DNA of 43,643 nt from a virus: IMG/VR virus record IMGVR_UViG_3300031630_000008, one strand, 5' to 3'. The translations under genes and the position numbers were made by a program. Of this stretch, positions 29,171 through 36,397 are shown one piece after another. Under the pieces are notes generated by a model. It worked only from the letters and a program-made list of their open reading frames with translations, was not told the origin of the DNA and searched no databases. Position 1 is the stretch's first letter; the number at the start of each line of letters is the position of its first letter.

Positions 29171-29196
29171 ATAAATAACTAAAAGGAAGCAAAACA

Positions 29197-29403
29197 ATGA
29201 AGACTAAAACCCAAGTATACGCAAAAGCACAACGGTTAAGCGTCACGTTAAGGCACTCAATGCACAACCAAACCACAATTAATACAAACGAAAGGCCTTA
29301 CTATTATGACAACGTACAAACAGCGTTGAGCGCGTCTACAGCTATACACTGGCAAGATGTTTGGGATAGTTTAGCCATACGTCAGTCACAACTAAAAGGA
29401 TAA
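29197..29403 (+). CDS. Early hypothetical protein (68 aa)
   Basis: Shared RBS AAAAGGAAGCA. No motif. Confidence 0.5.
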   Translation: MKTKTQVYAKAQRLSVTLRHSMHNQTTINTNERPYYYDNVQTALSASTAIHWQDVWDSLAIRQSQLKG

Positions 29404-29410
29404 TTACGCC

Positions 29411-29806
29411 ATGACCACTATTAAAAGCCCTAACGCTCTCGAATATCACCTAGGCTGGGAAAAGGCGGCTGTAAAGGCTCATTTTAAAGCCAACCTTAAG
29501 CCGGGCGACATCGTGTTAAGCGTTACAACAAGCCAATCCGGCCCAAACGTCACTGAATATCGTTTTATGACGGTTGAAAGTCTAACCAACGTCAGGTTTA
29601 AGCTTACCGGGGCGACTGGTCACAACTACAAGTCGAGAACCTTCTACTTTACAGGCCAGAGCTGCACGGAACCACATGGTCAGGCTCGTATAATCCCATT
29701 TCATTGGGGTATGCGTCATTACCTATTCACTGATAAGCCAGTTAATACCTTGGCGTGTAACTTTGTACAAGATCACGTCATTAAAATACTTGCTCATACC
29801 CATTAA
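29411..29806 (+). CDS. Early hypothetical protein (131 aa)
   Basis: RBS AAAAGGA. No motif. Confidence 0.5.
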   Translation: MTTIKSPNALEYHLGWEKAAVKAHFKANLKPGDIVLSVTTSQSGPNVTEYRFMTVESLTNVRFKLTGATGHNYKSRTFYFTGQSCTEPHGQARIIPFHWGMRHYLFTDKPVNTLACNFVQDHVIKILAHTH

Positions 29807-29821
29807 ACCAGAAGCATTGTC

Positions 29822-29858
29822 GTAGATCATGCCAGACGTGATCTACCGCAACTCTTTT
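29822..29858 (+). terminator. Hairpin plus T-tract after the early gene block
   Basis: GTAGATCA (29822-29829) pairs with TGATCTAC (29839-29846), followed by CGCAACTCTTTT. Confidence 0.4.
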
Positions 29859-29979
29859 GAGTTGACTCAAGGCAGAAACTTTAAATATTTCATACTATTA
29901 GGCCTTGTTTTCCCGTACACTCTACCAACTCTTAGTAGTTGTTGGGCTGTACAACGCCAGTTAGGAGGAGTTATTCATT

Positions 29980-30063
29980 ATGTATAATAATTATGGTTAC
30001 CTAGTACCTGTTTTTTGGACACTAATTGCTATGGTTATAGGCACAATGAGATACTTCAGCTAA
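29980..30063 (+). CDS. Possible 27-aa hydrophobic peptide
   Basis: Strong SD AGGAGGAG 9 nt upstream. The peptide is MYNNYGYLVPVFWTLIAMVIGTMRYFS. It lies in an otherwise non-coding 500 nt. Confidence 0.35.
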   Translation: MYNNYGYLVPVFWTLIAMVIGTMRYFS

Positions 30064-30314
30064 CGCATTGGCAAGCTAACCGGGGGCTAAAATGACCATG
30101 TGTCAATACAAGGCCCTCTTGCTAAGAGCGGAAGATAAAGACCCTACTTAAAGACTACCCTAAGACCACAGTGAAGGAAGAAGACCATAAAAAGAATAGA
30201 TGGTAGACTTCCCCAACTGTAGACTTAAAGTAATCGTAGAGGTCTGCATCATATAGTCTGTCCTACATACGGAAACCGTAGGCTGACAGTAAAACCACTC
30301 AGGAGGGATGTCCA

Positions 30315-30653
30315 ATGGCTTTACATCATAAAGCTACTGACAATAAGTCCAAAACTGCTAGAAAGCAAGGTGGCTTGGTCGTCAAAACACTTAGAACTAC
30401 GAACGAATACACCCAACGTGAGCTAGCTCATAAAGTGGGTTTAGAGTATTACACTTTTATCAGTCAGATCGAAGCAGGTGTAGGTAAAATACCACCGGCT
30501 AAGTACAAAGCTTTTGCAGATGCCTTTGGCGTTGATGTGAAACGTTTCGTACGTGAGCTGATGAAGTTTTATGACCCTGAAACGTTTGAAGTTCTGTTTG
30601 ACGCTAAGCGTACTGAACCCACAGATTATGAAGCACTAAAGCAAGCCTTATAG
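30315..30653 (+). CDS. XRE/Cro-CI-type helix-turn-helix transcriptional regulator
   Basis: LRTTNEYTQRELAHKVGLEYYTFISQIEAGVGKIPPAKYKAFADAFGV is a classic HTH_3 pattern. SD AGGAGGG 7 nt upstream. Confidence 0.75.
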   Translation: MALHHKATDNKSKTARKQGGLVVKTLRTTNEYTQRELAHKVGLEYYTFISQIEAGVGKIPPAKYKAFADAFGVDVKRFVRELMKFYDPETFEVLFDAKRTEPTDYEALKQAL

Positions 30654-30661
30654 GAGGTAGA

Positions 30662-30892
30662 ATGAATCTAGAGCGTGGCATCAGAGAACTGTTCACGGAG
30701 TTATGTGGAAAACAGTCAGAGGTGGTTGTAGGTAGTACAGATGAGGGTGATAAATGGTACTCAAATGGACCATATCACCTTGCATTAAGCTCGTTTGACA
30801 ATAATGTAGCTTTATTCAAGGATTGGAAGCTAGTAGCCATAGCTCCATCGCTAGTTCTTATGCTGACGGTGGTTTTAAGCAACCTTGAATAA
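30662..30892 (+). CDS. Hypothetical protein (76 aa) between the regulator and the integrase
   Basis: SD AGGAGG. Hydrophobic C-terminus. No motif. Confidence 0.45.
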   Translation: MNLERGIRELFTELCGKQSEVVVGSTDEGDKWYSNGPYHLALSSFDNNVALFKDWKLVAIAPSLVLMLTVVLSNLE

Positions 30893-30961
30893 ACAGCAAA
30901 CCTTTGTCGTGAATGACAGTATATACTTTAGTTATATGTCTACTAAAAGAAGGAGTAAATC

Positions 30962-32203
30962 ATGACTAAGTTATTCCGTAGGACGGACAGCTCCGGTAAA
31001 GTTTTATCGCAGAACTGGAACTTCCACCTAAACGGTCAACGTAAGTCGACTGGATGTAAGACCAAACGCGAAGCTATGGAAATAGCCACGTTAATGGTTC
31101 AGAGAGAACTCTCACATAAACATGCCGGGTTAAATTCCGAGGCTTCTATAGATGAAGTTGTGGCGTTGTACGTTAAGCGTCAGACCCTTATGTCAGAGTC
31201 AGGTAAAGGACAGGCTGAGGCCTTCCAGAAGCGTATATGCGGACAGTTTCCGCTTGATGAGTTGTACCGGGTGCCTAACCGCATCGTCCCATACAGCCTC
31301 AAGACAAAGCGCCTCTGGTCTACCATAACTAATAGGGATTTAGATGCCATCATCATGCATCGCAAAGAAGAAGGATACGCTAATGCATCGATCAACAAAG
31401 AGATCGACCAGCTACATGCTATCCAGAAGCAATGCAAGAAGTCATGGGGCATCAAGATCAACCACGAGCTGGACTTTGACGATCTGAAGTTAAAGGTTAA
31501 GAAGAAAAGACGTGCTGCTTCAGAAGTTGAGGAGCAAAGGTTAATCGATGCAATGAATCCTGTTACGAAGACTTACTTAAACAAGTGTACGTGGGAGCGA
31601 GCACCTCGCAACCAAAGGTTGTGGGCTGTGGACACCTTCCATTTGCTAATAACCTACCTCGATACTGGAGTCAGATCGTCTGAAGGCAGGAACATGCTTT
31701 GGGATGAGGTCGACACAGTGAACTGGTTAGGCGTTAAGGTCTATCGTTCTAAGACAGATCGCACGGACATGCTGCAGCTGACTGACCGTCTACGTGAAGT
31801 GCTGCAGACTCGGTTTAAGTATCGTGATGTAAGGAACTCAAAGTTTGTGTTCCCACATGCCTTCGATAATGAAAAGTCTAAGACTGGATGCCTAGGTGCC
31901 TTACGCAAGGGTATCGACAGAGCAGGTCTAAACGACCCTGACACCGTCAAGCGTCACGGTAAGTTTACGGTTCACTCATTACGTGATTCGTATGCCACCA
32001 GACTGACAGAGCAGGGCATCATACCTTCGGAACTAATGCATCTATTAGGTCACGCTAACGAGGAGATGAGTATGAAATACATTCATATGCGCCCCTCTGA
32101 TGCTATTACCAAAGGTACTTTGTTGCGTAATGATGTAGCAGGTGTTCTACCAGAGGGTTTGGGAGGCACATTAGTAGATGCTTATAATGAGAACCGTCTG
32201 TAA
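30962..32203 (+). CDS. int: Tyrosine recombinase / phage integrase
   Basis: Catalytic-type motifs TGVRSSEG (Arg), HSLRDSYATRL (H-x-x-R) and LLGHANEEMSMKYIH (His...Tyr). SD AAGGAG. Confidence 0.9.
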   Translation: MTKLFRRTDSSGKVLSQNWNFHLNGQRKSTGCKTKREAMEIATLMVQRELSHKHAGLNSEASIDEVVALYVKRQTLMSESGKGQAEAFQKRICGQFPLDELYRVPNRIVPYSLKTKRLWSTITNRDLDAIIMHRKEEGYANASINKEIDQLHAIQKQCKKSWGIKINHELDFDDLKLKVKKKRRAASEVEEQRLIDAMNPVTKTYLNKCTWERAPRNQRLWAVDTFHLLITYLDTGVRSSEGRNMLWDEVDTVNWLGVKVYRSKTDRTDMLQLTDRLREVLQTRFKYRDVRNSKFVFPHAFDNEKSKTGCLGALRKGIDRAGLNDPDTVKRHGKFTVHSLRDSYATRLTEQGIIPSELMHLLGHANEEMSMKYIHMRPSDAITKGTLLRNDVAGVLPEGLGGTLVDAYNENRL

Positions 32204-32319
32204 GTCTTTGATTTGACAGACATGATTAAGTTTACTGTACAGACATAATGCAGACAGTTTACTAGTAGTAACCGGCAAAGCGTTGATTTTATTAGATAAT
32301 ATCATTACACTCAGAGTCA

Positions 32320-32376
32320 TCCACAGGCCACGGGGATAAGTCTAGCACTATCTCTGTAACCCCCGTAGCCTGTGGA
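32320..32376. repeat. 16-bp inverted repeat (15/16 complementary) with a 25-nt spacer
   Basis: TCCACAGGCCACGGGG (32320-32335) pairs with CCCCGTAGCCTGTGGA (32361-32376). Confidence 0.85.
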
Positions 32377-32494
32377 ATCCTCCCAATTATGTACCCATTT
32401 GACCACCTCATTGGCGTGTGAAAGGGGTACAGTAAACCTATGACTAAGACCTTGTAACTAGTAGAGTTAAGGGCGATTTAAGGGGTTGTTGAAC

Positions 32495-33766
32495 GTGACA
32501 GACATAATACAGACAGAAAGTGCATCTGAGAATACTCTGCGTATAACTGAGAAGGAAAGAGAGATCTATTGGGAAGCCGCTGCCATTGACAGGGGAAAAG
32601 ACCGTTATAGAGGGACGTTTAGTACAGTAAAGGTTGGACGTGATGGAACTGTTAAACATGAATCAGCCGAGTTAGGGGACGTAGCGCCCGGTCAAATCAT
32701 ATTGAAGGAAATGATGCTTCATGCTGTTCCATACTTCCAAGCCGCCATCGAAGAAGCGAAGCGAGAAATCACTTCAGGACGCCGTGGTGCTCATAAAGAA
32801 TGGTGGTGGTTGATCGGCTGGTTGACAGCTGAGGAGATTGCCTTAGTTACAGCCAGAACAATCCTAACTGAGAGAGCCAGTGGTGATTCTTACCAAGGGC
32901 GTTCAGCCACAGGTTTGAACCTACGCATAGGCCAAGCCGTTAAGGAACAGATTGAATTCAACAGGTGGAAAAAGAACTCCAAGATCTTAGCAGCTGACCA
33001 AGGCGGCTTTGATTTTGCTGCTTGGCTAATCACTAAAGTGGGTGGCACGATTAACCGCCGCACATGGTCACGTTGGAAGGCTAAGATGGACGCCATAGAG
33101 AACGAGGAATGGCCCTCAGACACGCGTGTTCAGATAGGGGCTAAGTTGTTGGACCTTATGATTAAACACGGTGGCGGGTGGTTTGAGGACCGCCTAGTCT
33201 ACAAGACGGGAAAGACTGAGAGGCGGGTGTTTCTCAGCGAAGCAGCACAGCAGGCCATCACGGATATCAACGCACAATTGGAAGTGAATCGTCCTTATAT
33301 GGTGCCGATGCGCTGCCAACCTAATCCTTGGGAGCATAAGTACAATGATGAGGGCAAGCTAACTGGGTTTACAGGCGGCTATGAGATTATTCAGCACAAG
33401 ATTATGCGGTCTGGTATGTACAAACACACAGCCAGCTACCCGGAAGCCTTGAGCGATAAGTTTCTAGACGCCATAAACGTGGTGCAGTCCACTGAGTGGC
33501 AAGTAAATGATTTCATTCTTGACACAATGTTAGTTATACGTGCAGAAGGTGGGGAGTTAGGTGGTATGCCTGCCCTTGAAAACGATCCACTACCTGCCAA
33601 GCTCACAGATGAGGAATGGGATCTTATGGATCAGACTGAACGCACTGAATTGAAGCTTATGATAAGCCGAATTCACGAGGACAACGCTAAGATGCAATCC
33701 AAACGTGAATCACTAATCCGCAAACTTGATATGGCCCGTAGCTTACGCGGTGAAACTACTTATTAG
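32495..33766 (+). CDS. T7-type single-subunit RNA polymerase, N-terminal half (N-domain plus thumb equivalent)
   Basis: Colinear with roughly the first 415 residues of T7 RNAP, up to AINVVQSTEWQVN...KRESLIRKLDMARSL. The likely start is GTG 32495, 9 nt after AAGGGG; the track start is TTG 32486. It ends at TAG 33764-33766. Confidence 0.85.
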   Translation: MTDIIQTESASENTLRITEKEREIYWEAAAIDRGKDRYRGTFSTVKVGRDGTVKHESAELGDVAPGQIILKEMMLHAVPYFQAAIEEAKREITSGRRGAHKEWWWLIGWLTAEEIALVTARTILTERASGDSYQGRSATGLNLRIGQAVKEQIEFNRWKKNSKILAADQGGFDFAAWLITKVGGTINRRTWSRWKAKMDAIENEEWPSDTRVQIGAKLLDLMIKHGGGWFEDRLVYKTGKTERRVFLSEAAQQAITDINAQLEVNRPYMVPMRCQPNPWEHKYNDEGKLTGFTGGYEIIQHKIMRSGMYKHTASYPEALSDKFLDAINVVQSTEWQVNDFILDTMLVIRAEGGELGGMPALENDPLPAKLTDEEWDLMDQTERTELKLMISRIHEDNAKMQSKRESLIRKLDMARSLRGETTY

Positions 33767-33804
33767 TTTATAAGAACCACTTATTAGTACATGAGAACTA
33801 AAAC

Positions 33805-35124
33805 ATGACCAAACGAATTTCATCACGACACACATACCCACACTTTGCAGATTTCCGTACACGTTTATACCCTATGGCGCAGGACTTGAACCCACAGGGT
33901 GACCAGATCTGTAAGGGTCTGTTGCAATTCCACCACGCCAAGCCGTTAGGTGACCGAGGGCTTCACTGGTTGAAGGTTTCGTTAGCCAACACAGCAGGGC
34001 AGGATAAAGCCACATGGGCTGAGCGGATAGCTTGGGTAGATAAAAACCACGACTTAATCGTTGACTCAGGTCTAAACCCTCTGGACGGTGACCGTTTGTG
34101 GGCAGATGAGTCCATCGATGAGCCATACGTTTTTCTAGCGACAGCCCGTGAGTATGCATTGGCTACAAGGCTTGATAATCCTGCACATTTCCTTAGCCGT
34201 ACGGTCTGTGCCATGGACGGAGTATGTAATGGAATGCAAATCCTATCTCTATTAGGTAAGGACTCAGCCGGTGCGGTTAAGACCAACTGTAGCAGCCTCC
34301 AGAAACGCTATGACCTGTACACAGAGGTAATGGATGCCGTGATTAAGCTTAATAATGATTGCGCTCTACAAGGCCGAGAGGAGGCCTTAGCGTGGATGGG
34401 AAACATCAAAAGGGTAACAGTGAAACGAGCAATAATGACAACGCCCTACGGCGTTACACCTCGTGGAATAGCCAGCCAGTTAGTGAAGGATGGCTTCTGT
34501 GATAACCTTGATGGTCGTAAAGGAACCAACGCTGCTTACATGCGTGACCTTATAGTTGAAGCTCTAAAGGATGTGGTGACTTCTGCCTCTACTATCATGG
34601 AATACTTCCAGCAATGTGCTAAAGCTCTCGCAGCACAGGAGATCCCGCTTAAGTGGGTGACGCCAACCGGTGTAGAATGCACACAGGCTTACCATAAGCT
34701 GCGTAAAACTAAGGTTACGACACTGATGGGACAGTTTTCTTTGTGGGATGAGGACTCAGACTTAGGCCTTGATGAGCGCAAGAACTACCTAGCTGCCAGC
34801 CCTAACGTCATTCACAGCTTTGATGCTGGGTTACTCCAGAGTGTGGCACTTCGCCTCAAGAATGATTACGGAGTTAGCTCCACCGCCTTTATACACGACA
34901 GTTATGGTGTCCACCACGGACAGTTAGACTGCGGAGAGAATGCGGTTGATGTCCTCCATAAGGTAATCAGGGAAGAAGCGCACCGAATCTTCAGCGGTAA
35001 CTACCTGACTGAGTTCCGGGAGCACATCCATTCCTATGCACCACATGTAGAACTGCCTATGCCTCCAGCTCAAGGTGATTTTAACGTGGATGAACTATTA
35101 AACTCTCCTTACTTCTTCAGCTAG
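33805..35124 (+). CDS. T7-type single-subunit RNA polymerase, C-terminal half (palm plus fingers, catalytic)
   Basis: YPHFADFRTRLYPMAQDLNPQGDQICKGLL matches T7 FPYNMDWRGRVYAVSMFNPQGNDMTKGLL. Also present: motif A CAMDGVCNGMQ, RAIMTTPYG, SPNVIHSFDA, motif C FIHDSYG, and the C-terminus SPYFFS. Confidence 0.88.
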   Translation: MTKRISSRHTYPHFADFRTRLYPMAQDLNPQGDQICKGLLQFHHAKPLGDRGLHWLKVSLANTAGQDKATWAERIAWVDKNHDLIVDSGLNPLDGDRLWADESIDEPYVFLATAREYALATRLDNPAHFLSRTVCAMDGVCNGMQILSLLGKDSAGAVKTNCSSLQKRYDLYTEVMDAVIKLNNDCALQGREEALAWMGNIKRVTVKRAIMTTPYGVTPRGIASQLVKDGFCDNLDGRKGTNAAYMRDLIVEALKDVVTSASTIMEYFQQCAKALAAQEIPLKWVTPTGVECTQAYHKLRKTKVTTLMGQFSLWDEDSDLGLDERKNYLAASPNVIHSFDAGLLQSVALRLKNDYGVSSTAFIHDSYGVHHGQLDCGENAVDVLHKVIREEAHRIFSGNYLTEFREHIHSYAPHVELPMPPAQGDFNVDELLNSPYFFS

Positions 35125-35204
35125 AAAGTACAGTAAACCTTTGACAATAAAGGGGTGGTCAATAGGGGGGCCTCTTGCTAAGAAACGCGATTTGGAGGTT
35201 TCAA

Positions 35205-35357
35205 ATGCACGAACTATTAAGTCTAGGTGATAGCGAACTCTCTTCCGAGGTGCTCTATCACTTGATTCACGGTCAGCCATTCCCGGTTGACCTATCGATC
35301 AAGCTTAACGAACTGGGAATTGATCCCATCAAACTACAAAACCAATACGATATCTAA
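35205..35357 (+). CDS. Hypothetical protein (50 aa)
   Basis: ATG 35205 lies 6 nt after GGAGG. The longer track ORF from 35175 has no SD. Confidence 0.4.
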   Translation: MHELLSLGDSELSSEVLYHLIHGQPFPVDLSIKLNELGIDPIKLQNQYDI

Positions 35358-35370
35358 AGGATACAAAAGA

Positions 35371-35982
35371 ATGACTAAGAAGAATTTCATCAAAGTTCTA
35401 ACACCAGTAGGCGTAGCAGCATACGCATGGATCGCTCGTCCTGACTCAGGTCACGAGTTCAGTGATGGCAAGTATAAGACAACACTTACTATGGACCCTT
35501 CACAACCCGGCGTTACTGAAGGCCTAGCTAAGCTTGAAGCTGCCGTTAAGGAAGCTGCCATCGCAGAGTGGGGCAAGCTACCTAAAGTATATCGTTCGCC
35601 TATTAAGAGCGGTGACGACATTGCTGATGAGAAGGAAGGCAAAGAAGATTTACGCGGTATGTTCCAGCTAACCAGTAAGTCTAAGTTCCAACCCGGCATG
35701 GTAGATGCTCAACGCAACGAGCTACCAGAAGATGTGTTTGTAAGTTCTGGCGATACCATCCGTATCTCAGCTGTACTAATCCCATACACAGCAGGCGGTA
35801 TGAAAGGTGTAGCCCTTCAACTACGAAACGTTCAGCTCCTAGAGCAACGCTCAGCATCATCAGGTGGTGACGAGTTCGATGATGAAGATGGTTACTCAAC
35901 TGAGTTCTCAAGCTCCAACATCCCGCCCACACCAACTCCTAATGAAGGCTCAAATGACGAAGGCGAACCAGAAGACTTTTAA
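35371..35982 (+). CDS. Single-stranded DNA-binding protein, T7 gp2.5-like
   Basis: MTKKNFIKVLTPVGVAAYAWIARPD resembles gp2.5 MAKKIFTSALGTAEPYAYIAKPD. The acidic C-terminal tail ends in Phe (DEGEPEDF). Confidence 0.75.
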   Translation: MTKKNFIKVLTPVGVAAYAWIARPDSGHEFSDGKYKTTLTMDPSQPGVTEGLAKLEAAVKEAAIAEWGKLPKVYRSPIKSGDDIADEKEGKEDLRGMFQLTSKSKFQPGMVDAQRNELPEDVFVSSGDTIRISAVLIPYTAGGMKGVALQLRNVQLLEQRSASSGGDEFDDEDGYSTEFSSSNIPPTPTPNEGSNDEGEPEDF

Positions 35983-36388
35983 CATACCCGCTAGTGCCTC
36001 TTATTTCCTCCTACCAGTTCAGCCAGTACCAGCCTCCCGTCCTCGGATCGGGCGGTTTGGTGCGTACTACGGCAAGAACTATGAGCAGTTCCGTAAGGAA
36101 TCTCAGCCTATCTGTAACCAAGCTAAGTTCACGATCACTGACAGACCACTAAGACTGTGGATGGAGTGTGTCGTGCTTAAGCCTAAGCAGGGAAAGTTGA
36201 GATACCCAAGGGGAGATATTGATAACTATATCAAAGGCCCACTTGATGTCATGACCAAGGCTGAGAAGTTTTGGAATGATGATGACCAGATAGTGGAATT
36301 ACTAGCATCAAAACGATACTGCGTAGGCGATGAGCCTTGCGGCATTCATATCTACTTTGAACCCATTGAAGACCAACCATACAAATAG
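35954..36388 (+). CDS. rusA: RusA-family Holliday junction resolvase
   Basis: PRGDIDNYIKGPLDVMTKAEKFWNDDDQIV matches E. coli RusA [29 protein letters not shown]. The start is uncertain (ATG 35954 or 35942) and overlaps the SSB 3' end. Confidence 0.7.
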   Translation: MTKANQKTFNIPASASYFLLPVQPVPASRPRIGRFGAYYGKNYEQFRKESQPICNQAKFTITDRPLRLWMECVVLKPKQGKLRYPRGDIDNYIKGPLDVMTKAEKFWNDDDQIVELLASKRYCVGDEPCGIHIYFEPIEDQPYK

Positions 36389-36397
36389 GTACAGCTC

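Noticed and set aside
29862-29891. A sigma70 promoter at TTGACT (29862-29867).
   Set aside because: The -35 is good, but the best -10 candidates at 16-18-nt spacing (AATATT, ATATTT, TATTTC) are poor. It is kept only as context for the palindrome finding.
33761-33808. Alternative explanations for the RNAP split: TAG read-through or recoding, a -1/+1 programmed frameshift, or a T4 gene 60-style translational bypass using the duplicated ACTTATTAG.
   Set aside because: TAG is used as an ordinary stop by several well-supported genes here (scaffold, capsid, gp16-like). Read-through of both TAGs still ends at TGA 33806, in a different frame from ORF2. The ORF2 frame is closed by TAA just 2 codons upstream of its ATG. 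The putative landing TAT is itself followed by TAG. There is no slippery heptamer. Experiment could still overturn this.
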